Assembly (NCBI GenBank): GCA_019057475.1
Contig: DXJO01000020.1
Location: 32,001 to 96,000, forward strand
Reading direction: 5' to 3'
DNA from: Candidatus Thorarchaeota archaeon
Lineage (GTDB): Archaea > Asgardarchaeota > Thorarchaeia > Thorarchaeales > Thorarchaeaceae
DNA: 64,000 bases
Positions 1 through 9,309 of the stretch are shown here, in pieces. The stretch's first letter is position 1; the number at the start of each line of letters is the position of its first letter. The notes under the pieces are model-generated. The model was not told the DNA's origin. It was given only the letters and a program-made list of their open reading frames with translations, and made no database searches. The translations under genes were made by a program, and so were the position numbers.

Positions 1-2
1 TA

Positions 3-608
3 GTGGCACATTCCCGAGAGAGAGTGGTTGTGAGTCCCAACCAAAACGTTACCATCAATAGAAGACTAGCAAGAGTCGGTGATCTGCCGTATGGAGCAGT
101 TGACGAGGAAGGCAAATCAATGATGCCGAGGTTTGGAGATGGCCACAATCTACTTGTCACTGGTTCCACTCACGATGAACATGGCTTCAGGAAGACTGCT
201 GATCCTAGGGTCCATGATGAACTTGTACGCAGATTGGCAATGAAGATTCAGGAGAATCGCGATCTCCTAGCTGATGTTGTTGTTGCCGGCCCCTCAGAAG
301 CTGAATGGGGTGTCGTTTCATTTGGCTGTACTTCCAGGTCAGTTGATGAAGTCATGGCCACTGGCACCAGTGCAAGCTCAATCAGATCTCTAAGACTGCG
401 TACTCTTTGGCCATTCCCGGACAAGGAGATTAAGGAGTTTGCCCATACTGTGGAGCGATTACTCGTGCCGGAGCTCAACTTGGGGCAGTTGGCAGGAGAA
501 GTGTCGCGTGCAGTTGGCGAATCCGTCGGTGTAGTATCTCTTAACAAGATTGGGGGAGGCCTCATGATTGAGCCTGATGAGATAGCTGCTGCGATGGCTT
601 CAGTTTGA
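3..608 (+). CDS. korA: 2-oxoacid:ferredoxin oxidoreductase alpha subunit, C-terminal part (5' truncated by window)
   Basis: TGSTHDEHG, SFGCTSRS, LRTLWPFP, VPELNLGQL motifs of KorA/OorA. Confidence 0.85.
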   Translation: MAHSRERVVVSPNQNVTINRRLARVGDLPYGAVDEEGKSMMPRFGDGHNLLVTGSTHDEHGFRKTADPRVHDELVRRLAMKIQENRDLLADVVVAGPSEAEWGVVSFGCTSRSVDEVMATGTSASSIRSLRLRTLWPFPDKEIKEFAHTVERLLVPELNLGQLAGEVSRAVGESVGVVSLNKIGGGLMIEPDEIAAAMASV

Positions 609-2902
609 ATACCAAACGGTTCTACACTCGATTGGCCGTCCTGTCTGCGTTCGCCCACTGAGATTGTGAGTGTCAGATTCGTTCGCATCCAGATGAGAAT
701 ATCTAGAAACCTGTTCGTAGTTTCGAGCCACGGACTGCTTACTTCGAGTGTGATGTTGTGAACTCCGGGATTGATCCAAAGAGGCAGCGGAATCGAGCCA
801 AGTAGGCTTGGACTTAGATTCATCCATACGAAGAATGGATCTCCACTATTATCAACAAAGACACTGACATTGATTGAACTCGGGATGCTGCCATTGTCAT
901 CATGGACATCTAGACTCATGGCGATGGTTTCTCCATAGAATGCCTCCATAATCACGATATCTGCATCCATGGTCCCATAAACAATCAGTTCGAAATCAAA
1001 TGGCCCTATTGCGATGTATTTTGTATTATTGATGCTTACAGTAATCGTATGCATACCAAGAATCACATTGTGAGCTATTGTAAACGTGAAATTCACGGTC
1101 GTATCAGTTAGGATGATTTCAGTTGTGGAGAGCTGGTGTTCGCTATCTAGAAGAGCTATCCCAATGGTCTGTTGGAAAGCCCATTCGGACTCTATCAAGA
1201 AACTGACAGTTGTAGTTTGACCGCGCACAGCGTCCCATATTGTATGGACAGAAGAGAATGTAAGAGGATAGTATGTCATGAACTCAAGGAGAAGTGTTGT
1301 TTCACAGACATGCTTCGAGGGCTCGTCAAGAATGACTAATGAGTAGTTCGCCAGTCCCACTTGTGTTCCCGGAGTTGTGTACCATTGCAGCAGAATCAGA
1401 CCAATCATGTCGCTCGTACCGGTTGCCAATACATAGCCCGTAGAATTGAAAAGTTCGACAGAGATGCTTCCAACGTCAGCATCCAGTGGGTCCGTCAGAT
1501 GTAGCAATACTGCAGTTTCATAGCCAAGAGCCGAAGGAAACAATATTTCGTGGGTGACCTCTGGGATGAATGAAACAATGAGTGGTTCCTGGTAATGCAT
1601 CTGGACGTAGTGAGTTGTTTCATTTGTTTGAACTGAGATTACTCCCATGCCCCAGCTTGTTTCTGGAATCAGGAAGGAGTGCCTGAAGCAACCGGATTCA
1701 TTAGTCGCCCCTTGGGTTATGATTTCTGTACTGTTTCCGATTGTAAGACTAACAGATAGTGGAATGGCGCTGATTGTAGTGTTGGCCGCCTGGTCTGTCA
1801 CGATAATTTCAATGGTAATTGACTGTCCACATATGGCAGGCTGTGCACTCTCGACATTGACAATCACATCTCGTTGGATGGCAGCAATCAATACAGAAGT
1901 TGTAGCTACTTGATACGAGGGGTTGGTTGCAGTTACATTTACCCGATAAAGTCCAGGATCTACTGCAAAAGCAATTGTGGAACTGTATGTACCGTTTCCT
2001 AGGCTAGTCATGTTTCCGTTTGCGAATTCAGTATTCCATCTAACTATACTATCGTTTATTGGCTCTGAGAGATGATTAAGATGTTTCACACGCAAATCAG
2101 CCAAGTTAACATGGCTCCCGTCGTGTAACTGACAGTGTACTGAGTCAGAATACGAGGTCGCAATCAGGCTAGATTCCGGGGGTTGAACAGTGAGTGTGAG
2201 AGATTCTGAAAGTGGATGAAATGCATCGGTGCCATTACACGAAACAGTGAGATTGTAGTCCCCAGGTGGTCCCAGCGATGAATTCCAGTTCACTGTGACT
2301 TCACCGTTATTGTCTGTCGTGTCGTTCGAGTGCACCACTAATTCGCTATCCGCGTTATAGATATCTATGGAAACTGGACTATTTGAGAGAGTTATGTTGC
2401 TGTTGTGTGCGCTCACAATCCTAAGGCTAAAGCTCTTGTCTGTGCCATAGGGGACAGATAGTGGCTCCAGCGCATATGCTGTTAGTGGACCCCTGGTTAT
2501 GTTAATCCCTATGATTTCACTGGCTCCTTGGGAATAGCCATCGAAGGCTTCGACATTAAAGATGACAAAGCCACTGGTCCCATTGACGCCTGGGAACGTA
2601 TGCTCAGGCTGGATTATGTATGAGGAGAGAAGAATCCTAGTGTCGGGTGATGGCGGTATGAAATAGTCGTCATCAAAGACAGGCCCGAAGTCTGTAACTA
2701 TTGCGAAAGAAACGTAGCACCATCCATCCTCGCTGAAATCAGCAGTGACCTTGGCCACCATGTGAATGGTTTCGCCAACCTCGTATGTTAGCATATCGGT
2801 TTCGAAGTAGTCAAACTCGAAGTAGAAGGCGCTAACTGGCGAAATCAGACCAAAGGCGATGAATACTGCGATTGCAACAATAGCCAGTGCGTTTCGATTC
2901 AA
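248..2902 (-). CDS. Large secreted beta-rich (Ig-like repeat) surface protein
   Basis: N-terminal signal peptide, repeated TDxNGxV / PGxYNLTV beta-sandwich motifs, many NxS/T sequons; last ~120 codons overlap korA antisense. Confidence 0.7.
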   Translation of the reverse strand: MNRNALAIVAIAVFIAFGLISPVSAFYFEFDYFETDMLTYEVGETIHMVAKVTADFSEDGWCYVSFAIVTDFGPVFDDDYFIPPSPDTRILLSSYIIQPEHTFPGVNGTSGFVIFNVEAFDGYSQGASEIIGINITRGPLTAYALEPLSVPYGTDKSFSLRIVSAHNSNITLSNSPVSIDIYNADSELVVHSNDTTDNNGEVTVNWNSSLGPPGDYNLTVSCNGTDAFHPLSESLTLTVQPPESSLIATSYSDSVHCQLHDGSHVNLADLRVKHLNHLSEPINDSIVRWNTEFANGNMTSLGNGTYSSTIAFAVDPGLYRVNVTATNPSYQVATTSVLIAAIQRDVIVNVESAQPAICGQSITIEIIVTDQAANTTISAIPLSVSLTIGNSTEIITQGATNESGCFRHSFLIPETSWGMGVISVQTNETTHYVQMHYQEPLIVSFIPEVTHEILFPSALGYETAVLLHLTDPLDADVGSISVELFNSTGYVLATGTSDMIGLILLQWYTTPGTQVGLANYSLVILDEPSKHVCETTLLLEFMTYYPLTFSSVHTIWDAVRGQTTTVSFLIESEWAFQQTIGIALLDSEHQLSTTEIILTDTTVNFTFTIAHNVILGMHTITVSINNTKYIAIGPFDFELIVYGTMDADIVIMEAFYGETIAMSLDVHDDNGSIPSSINVSVFVDNSGDPFFVWMNLSPSLLGSIPLPLWINPGVHNITLEVSSPWLETTNRFLDILIWMRTNLTLTISVGERRQDGQSSVEPFGIQTEAIAAAISSGSIMRPPPILLRDTTPTDSPTARDTSPANCPKLSSGTSNRSTVWANSLISLSGNGQRVRSLRDLIELALVPVAMTSSTDLEVQPNETTPHSASEGPATTTSARRSRFS

Positions 2903-3023
2903 TCATCACACCAAACGTCAGTCATCATGTTACCTAAAAAACAGCACTTGATATAGCGACAGGTTTAATTCAAGACCGCTCAGCGTCAGTGCGACACTGA
3001 AGGAACACGGAGTGCAGTAAGCG

Positions 3024-3389
3024 ATGGTCATCAGGTTAAGGAATGCTACAATCGATGCGATTGAAGACACAGAAACAAAAAGATTGAAGCTTCTGAGAAT
3101 TATTTCCAAGACTGAAGGAGCCAAATTGACATTGGAACTTCCAGAAGCACTTTGTGACAAAATGAATGTGCGTGATGGCATCGTGGTGATTGTCGATTCC
3201 AAACCAATTGCGAGAGGGGACAAGAGCAAGCTCTATGCAGAGGGCGATATCTTCAAGATTGGAGGGAATGGTGACTTAGAGATGGTGGGAGCGATAGGCG
3301 GTTTGAGGGTCGTCCTTACCCTTGCCAACCCAACGCCAGCGAAGAAGAAAATGTTTGCTGCTGACAAATTCTATTTGATGCTCTCATAA
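3024..3389 (+). CDS. rpo8: RNA polymerase subunit Rpo8/RpoG (Rpb8 homologue)
   Basis: YAEGDIFKI, AIGGLRVVL and DKFYLML match Rpb8 YVMYGKVYRI, SYGGLLMRL and RVYLLM; ~120 aa. Confidence 0.65.
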   Translation: MVIRLRNATIDAIEDTETKRLKLLRIISKTEGAKLTLELPEALCDKMNVRDGIVVIVDSKPIARGDKSKLYAEGDIFKIGGNGDLEMVGAIGGLRVVLTLANPTPAKKKMFAADKFYLMLS

Positions 3390-3591
3390 CAATCTGGTAC
3401 GGTAACAAAATGGGGCTTTCAAATCCCTCGTCAGGAAATTTCTAGCAGGTAGGAGTGACAGCGCTGAATAGTTTCGGTGATCTCTCATTCTGAGGAGGCC
3501 ATCCGTAACTACTCTGCCTCTATGCAAGTCCATTCGAGTAAATGAACAGTTTCTGTGAACGTATTGAACCCTTCTGAAACTCAGTTATGAG

Positions 3592-4650
3592 TTGATGTCC
3601 GATTCGATACGGGTGTGGTCATTGACTGGTAGAATGATTGAATCATCGAGTCTGATGTCTTGGTCTTGTCCTGATTGTCGCGGGCGATTGCTACACAGTC
3701 AAGGATACATAGTATGTTCTGAATGCGGCATTGCAATCTCCAGAAAGTATGTCGATCCCACATATCAGATGGGTGAGCCTAAGCGTGGTGATGCTCCTGA
3801 TGCAACCATGTACGTTTCTCTCGGTAATAGGATGCATATTGTTGATGGGCTTGGCAGTTACATAGGGTTTCACAAGGACTGGTATTTTCGTGATGCAAAC
3901 GGCCATTCACTATCCGCAGCAAGCCAGAAAAGGTTCAAGCGTCTGAAGAGTATATACAGTACTCAAGTGCGAATTGGAACGAGTGAGGCGAAGTATCGTG
4001 CTCTTAGAACACTGAATCATGTGTCAAAGCTATTGATGCTGAATGAACAAGTGCGCGATCGCACTGCATACCTATACAAGAAAGTGGTTTCGGAATCTCC
4101 TAAGGTGACTAACAACATTCTGCTTATGGCAGTATGCCTCTTGATAGCAGTGAGGGAGTTCAAAGATGGTGCACCGATAACACTTGAAGAGATTGCTGAT
4201 GTTTTCGAGAAATGCGGACATAGAGTGAGCGTAAGATCAATTGTCAGAGAAGCACTTAGACTCAAGTCTATGATGGGATATGCTCCTCAGATTCGCAAGC
4301 CAAGGGACTATGTGCCCAGAGTTCTGTCAATGCTAATGAATAATCAGAGAGTCATAGGTAAGGTGAAGCTTCGTGGATGGGACTCGAAGGCCTATGAGAG
4401 TGCCCTTAGAGATAGAATCTTTGAAGTTCTTGAGTCGATTCCTGCGTCGAAACGTGGGGGACGGAATCCATTCATCTTTACCGTATCAGCAGCCTACGCT
4501 GGCGATCAGTTAATTGCCAATGAATATGGTAAACGGACGGTATTGACTCAAAAGCTTGCGTCGATAGCAACACAGGTTGCTGAATACAGTATTCGTGATC
4601 ACTTTGGTATGATGAAGAAGCTCATTCAACCTGTGGAAAAGACAGCCTAG
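3592..4650 (+). CDS. Divergent TFB/TFIIB-family transcription factor (start possibly 3655)
   Basis: CPDC..CSECG Zn ribbon, two cyclin-like repeats, GRNP motif, C-terminal TQKLASIATQVAEYSIR HTH. Confidence 0.8.
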   Translation: MMSDSIRVWSLTGRMIESSSLMSWSCPDCRGRLLHSQGYIVCSECGIAISRKYVDPTYQMGEPKRGDAPDATMYVSLGNRMHIVDGLGSYIGFHKDWYFRDANGHSLSAASQKRFKRLKSIYSTQVRIGTSEAKYRALRTLNHVSKLLMLNEQVRDRTAYLYKKVVSESPKVTNNILLMAVCLLIAVREFKDGAPITLEEIADVFEKCGHRVSVRSIVREALRLKSMMGYAPQIRKPRDYVPRVLSMLMNNQRVIGKVKLRGWDSKAYESALRDRIFEVLESIPASKRGGRNPFIFTVSAAYAGDQLIANEYGKRTVLTQKLASIATQVAEYSIRDHFGMMKKLIQPVEKTA

Positions 4651-4803
4651 AAACGTCAGCGTGAATTCGAACTAACCCTGTTGAGTAGCGTGCTTTCGGC
4701 AGCAAACGGTGATACTAGTGAATGGATTAGTGGCACTGAGTAGGGGCAGATATCATCTCGGCTGGGTGCTTAAATCTCCAACAAAGAAAGTACTATTCGG
4801 CTG

Positions 4804-6513
4804 ATGAGTGGTAGGATGTGTCTTTTGATGACTAGTCGTGATGTACTTGTTGTAGAATGTCCTAATACGCGATGCAGCGGCTGTCGCTACTTTTCGGCCC
4901 CAGTATGTGCTAAACTTGAATCTCTACATGGTACCTCAAATCATCAAGCAAGGGCAATTCTTCTAGAAACTGAAAAGAAGCTTGTCCATCTTGGAGGACA
5001 CAACGTAGTGCTCCCACTGGAACCCCCTTGGCATGCTGAAGGCTGGGAGTCTATCTACATAGGCGAAAATGAATCAGGACTTCAAAATGTCGTTGACGCC
5101 TATGTAGTTGGGCCATATCTAGCTGTGTTCTATCTGCAAGAAAAGCATCAGATTATGTATAGGTCATATCCATTAGTTAGAACATCTCTTGAACTTGCTC
5201 TTTTAGATGAATTGTCTAACAAGACTGGGTATCTTACAAGTAGCCATTCGGATTTTAGAGTTAGTATTTCTGAGAGAGTCAGTGCCGTGTCATCCCAAGT
5301 TTCATCAAGTATCGCCGAATTACTTCCTGAGATAAGTGAATCAACCAAGGGGAGGATTTCAGATGTTGTTGCTCATAGAATGACTGTATTGGGATTGTTC
5401 TTCTCATTGTTGCTGGACGATGAAGTTGAAGAAGTCTTTCTGGACAGGCCAGGAGCAGTGCTATATTTTGATCATCAGAGATTTGGGCGATGTCATTCAA
5501 ATTTCATTTTGACTGACAAGATGGTGTCACGCCTTGTTACACTGATGCGAGCAGAAAGTAATCTACATCTGGACCGAGCGAACCCTTCATTAAAAACAGA
5601 CATGAGAATAGCCGGCACGATTCTTCGTTTTTCTGCATGTGTGCCACCATTAAGTCCAGACGGCCTGCACCTTGAAATTCGAAGAGCCCGATCTAGTCCA
5701 TTCACAATCTTGGATTTGATACATATTGGTACATTGACAGTTAGCGCAGCAGCAACACTACTTGTTGCCATAGCTGGACGTTTCAACATCACTATTACTG
5801 GAGGACCAGGTTCTGGCAAGACTACTTTGTTGAATGCACTGGATATGGTTACGCCAATCACTTGGAGAAAAATCTACATCGAGGATGCTGTTGAGAGCAG
5901 GTTGATTGAAGGGCACCATCAGGTCAGGATAAAAGTCGATCCAGTGGATGAGAGAAGTAGGCAATCTGACAAGAGCATTGAGATAGTGAAGAGCTTGCAT
6001 CGGTCCCCTGATTATCTGATTCTAGGTGAGATTCAGACAGCTGAACACAGCCAGGCGTTGTTTCAAGCGGTGGCAGCAGGACTTCGTACAATTCAGACAT
6101 GTCACAGCGACTCGGCAGCAAGTCTTATGTCTCGTTGGACCATAGGACACCAAGTTGATTCATCTAGCATTGCTTTGATGGACGTCATAGTTACACTTGA
6201 CAGGCCAGTGCCTGGACAGTCTAGACGTCATGTGAGGGAAATTGTTGAAGTAAGAAGAGATATTGACCATCGAGGCGTGGTCTTTGTGGGACTTAACAAG
6301 GTCTTTGATTTGCGAAATCCGGGAGCCGAAGTCGGAAGGTGGGCCAAGGACGGGGCATTCAGACTGCGTGCACAGATTGCCAGTTGTAAGGATTATGTCC
6401 AGGTGTTCGAGAAAGCAACTGAAGGCCTCGAATTCGCGCTTGAGGAAGCTGCTATAGACTCAGTAACCTCATTGGTCGAAGAGTTGTGGTGCGGTGAGCA
6501 CGATATGATTTAG
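4804..6513 (+). CDS. Type II/IV secretion ATPase (CpaF/VirB11/ArlI family)
   Basis: GGPGSGKTT Walker A, IEDAVE Asp box, PDYLILGEI Walker B, TCHS His box. Confidence 0.85.
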   Translation: MSGRMCLLMTSRDVLVVECPNTRCSGCRYFSAPVCAKLESLHGTSNHQARAILLETEKKLVHLGGHNVVLPLEPPWHAEGWESIYIGENESGLQNVVDAYVVGPYLAVFYLQEKHQIMYRSYPLVRTSLELALLDELSNKTGYLTSSHSDFRVSISERVSAVSSQVSSSIAELLPEISESTKGRISDVVAHRMTVLGLFFSLLLDDEVEEVFLDRPGAVLYFDHQRFGRCHSNFILTDKMVSRLVTLMRAESNLHLDRANPSLKTDMRIAGTILRFSACVPPLSPDGLHLEIRRARSSPFTILDLIHIGTLTVSAAATLLVAIAGRFNITITGGPGSGKTTLLNALDMVTPITWRKIYIEDAVESRLIEGHHQVRIKVDPVDERSRQSDKSIEIVKSLHRSPDYLILGEIQTAEHSQALFQAVAAGLRTIQTCHSDSAASLMSRWTIGHQVDSSSIALMDVIVTLDRPVPGQSRRHVREIVEVRRDIDHRGVVFVGLNKVFDLRNPGAEVGRWAKDGAFRLRAQIASCKDYVQVFEKATEGLEFALEEAAIDSVTSLVEELWCGEHDMI

Positions 6514-6601
6514 ATTCATCTAGAGCAGTATAATCTTCAATAGATGCGATTTCTTGAAGGAGTTAAAATAGCACTCAAAGAGGTTAGTAGCTAGGTGTTA
6601 G

Positions 6602-6808
6602 TTGATGGTTGATAATGCTGACCTCCTTCATGATAATCACGCGGGTCCATTAGTAGAAGAGAGCTTGCTACTAGGTATAGCGGTAGTGACTGTTTCTATA
6701 GTAATTGCGGTAATCCTGCAAGCCACTGGTTGGGCTCAAGATGTAGTCACCAACCTTCTTCAGCTTTTGGAGAATAGCTGGAGTGACTTTGCTGGACTGG
6801 TCCCGTAA
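6602..6808 (+). CDS. Small type IV/Flp pilin-like protein
   Basis: Short leader, G|PLVEE (E+5) then hydrophobic helix; follows secretion ATPase; leader is not basic. Confidence 0.5.
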   Translation: MMVDNADLLHDNHAGPLVEESLLLGIAVVTVSIVIAVILQATGWAQDVVTNLLQLLENSWSDFAGLVP

Positions 6809-6971
6809 ATTTCACTTGCCTAACTGCAGCGCGTCCATGGAGCTACTCGCTCTGTTTCAGTCCGCATCAGATACACAGCAAGAATTGTATTTCGGAATGA
6901 AAATGTTTCAGTTCGTGGGAAAGCCTTATTTGTAGTTGGAGAGGTTTCGCGCTTCGGACTCGACTAGGATG

Positions 6972-7049
6972 GCTCCGGTAGTGTAGTCCGGCCCAGCATG
7001 GGGGACTCTCGATCCCCCGACCCGGGTTCGAATCCCGGCCGGAGCACCA
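6972..7049 (+). tRNA. tRNA-Glu(CTC)
   Basis: GCTCCGG/CCGGAGC acceptor, GGGGA-CTCTCGA-TCCCC anticodon arm, TTCGAAT, CCA. Confidence 0.95.
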
Positions 7050-7059
7050 CCAATTTTTC

Positions 7060-9111
7060 TCAAGCTAACATATGTCGACGTCTAATTAATGGAATGCTAA
7101 CTAGGCTAATTGACAAGCAAAAACCGACAGCTAGGCCGATTATTCCGACGCCTTGAGCTGCTGAAACGTCGGCTTCTTCAATCACAATTACGATTGATCC
7201 TGCGTATGACTGAAGGGAATCTGACGCTTCCGATTCGTACGATAGAAGATAGCTACCCGGTGCGGATGGAATCATTAGCTGCAGATTGATGAAACCATCG
7301 TTACTGCTACCTATTTCCATATGAGCTGAGAGCCATACGTAACTTATTGGAATGCTTCTCAGTAATGACCCATTCAACGCTTGAATAGTAAGCTGAACGT
7401 GTATCTCCTTAAGCTGTGGTACTATCTCATAGTACTCGAAAATAATTATGACAGGTATCGTTTTAGCTACAGTGAAACTATATTCCAGGATGACTGAAAG
7501 TTCGTATGCTGACTCATTTCCGCTGCATGTTATTAGGAAAGCAAAGTGGCCTTCACTGGAAGGTGCAATGAAAGCCATGGTCGCGGTGCCGTCCTGATTG
7601 GTCATCGACTGTGCAACGAGAGTATTATCAATCGAGTAGACTTCCACTAGTTTGTTGGAGTAGTTGGTATTGTCGTTGATAAGATGGACTGCAAGTAATA
7701 TCTCCTGTCGGGGGGATGCGAATCCCATAATGTTGCTCTGATTCAGTGACAATGTAGGACGAAACCATACTGCTTCACTGAATCGGTGAGTTCCATTCGT
7801 GATGTATGGTGCCTCATTGACAATTACAACGAATTCCCTATCTCCTCTAGATCCTGTTATAGGTAGAAGAAGCAGAGTTGGGTTGTTGCTACCAGTCATG
7901 GGTTTTGTAACTGCTTCTTCAGTTAGTGTATCGAAAATTGTAATGGATGCATTGGGAATCGGTCGGTTTAGAATGTCGTGCACCATTACTGAAATTTCAA
8001 TTTCAGCCCCAGTGATAATGTACTCTGGCAAGAGTACTTCCATCAGCGCAGGGCTTGTGACAACAAAGTGAATTTGGAGAATTGAAGTGCTGTACCGGTC
8101 AGTTCCCATGTATTCAATTGTCAGTGTGTGATTGTTCAGAGAGATTGCCTCATCGATTTGCAAATCAAGAGTTGCTACGCCCGACCCGTTGGTCGTTATT
8201 GAGGACTGTGTTGTGCCATCAAGCGACACCATCATGAGGAAGCTAGGCAATGTTTCGTCGTTGGCCCAAAGCGTGATGGATAGAGTAATCGAATCATTCA
8301 AAGTAACAGTATCAGATAGAACATTATCGTGTTCAATAAGGGTTGCAATCTGCTCTATTGTCACGGAAAAGGATGACTCTGCGCTTTCTTGAAAAAGCGC
8401 CAAGTTCCCTTCGTAGATAACAGTAACAATATTCACACCCAGCTGTGCCCAAGAAGTGTTGCAGTGCAAAGAGAAACTAACATAGCCGGTGTCATTGGTG
8501 ATGCCAGAGCCAAGTAGTAAGGAATCACTGATTACCATAAGAGGGGCGTCTAAAAGTGGTTCGTTCATGTTGTCAAGCAGGCGGACTATGAGAGATAGAT
8601 CGTCGCCTGGCGCCAAGTCACTGTCCTCGACTTGAATCTCTATTGTTGTTGATGAAACAACTGTAAGTGGCATCCACTGACAAGAAGACGAGAGTGACAA
8701 CGATTGATTGCCACGAAAAGTCGCATTAATCATCATGAAACCCAATGGATGTCCGAACGGGAGGAGCCAATCTATGTGTGCAAAGCCATTTGAATCTGTC
8801 ATGTCGGAACCAAGAAACGAATCGTGGGTCTGGTCAAAGAATTCTATTCTCTGATGGGCAACTGGGTCGCCATAGGTCCCATTTTGCAACAACTGAGCAG
8901 TAATGGTTATGGTTTCCCCTCTGGAAACAACAGCTTCGCCTTCAGCAGAAACGGTAGGCATACTGCATGCGAATAGAAGAGAAATGGTAGCCAGAACAAT
9001 CAGCAAGGGAACTGCACTGTTTCTCAAGATAGACTCCTCCTCAATTTGTGTTTTGATCTCCGTTTGCCTGCGCCTTTCTTGCTCTAACACGAAGCAGCAG
9101 GTCTGAATCAC
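7060..9111 (-). CDS. Membrane-anchored Ig-like repeat surface protein
   Basis: Signal peptide, repeated TDSNGxA motifs, C-terminal TM helix followed by RRRH; true start probably ~9030. Confidence 0.75.
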   Translation of the reverse strand: MIQTCCFVLEQERRRQTEIKTQIEEESILRNSAVPLLIVLATISLLFACSMPTVSAEGEAVVSRGETITITAQLLQNGTYGDPVAHQRIEFFDQTHDSFLGSDMTDSNGFAHIDWLLPFGHPLGFMMINATFRGNQSLSLSSSCQWMPLTVVSSTTIEIQVEDSDLAPGDDLSLIVRLLDNMNEPLLDAPLMVISDSLLLGSGITNDTGYVSFSLHCNTSWAQLGVNIVTVIYEGNLALFQESAESSFSVTIEQIATLIEHDNVLSDTVTLNDSITLSITLWANDETLPSFLMMVSLDGTTQSSITTNGSGVATLDLQIDEAISLNNHTLTIEYMGTDRYSTSILQIHFVVTSPALMEVLLPEYIITGAEIEISVMVHDILNRPIPNASITIFDTLTEEAVTKPMTGSNNPTLLLLPITGSRGDREFVVIVNEAPYITNGTHRFSEAVWFRPTLSLNQSNIMGFASPRQEILLAVHLINDNTNYSNKLVEVYSIDNTLVAQSMTNQDGTATMAFIAPSSEGHFAFLITCSGNESAYELSVILEYSFTVAKTIPVIIIFEYYEIVPQLKEIHVQLTIQALNGSLLRSIPISYVWLSAHMEIGSSNDGFINLQLMIPSAPGSYLLSYESEASDSLQSYAGSIVIVIEEADVSAAQGVGIIGLAVGFCLSISLVSIPLIRRRHMLA

Positions 9112-9309
9112 TCTAATGTGGGTCGTGAACTGGGGCTATTAACCTCCTACCGTTTCTGTGTTGTTTCTCAGTGAGCCAGATTGTAGGATAACTGAGGGGA
9201 GTTCTTATGGAGAAATCTGAAACCATGAACTGACTGCATATCTATGCTAAAGAAATTGGGTATTGTCATCCACAACGGATGAAATCCGCCCTAACACACG
9301 GCCTAGAAT

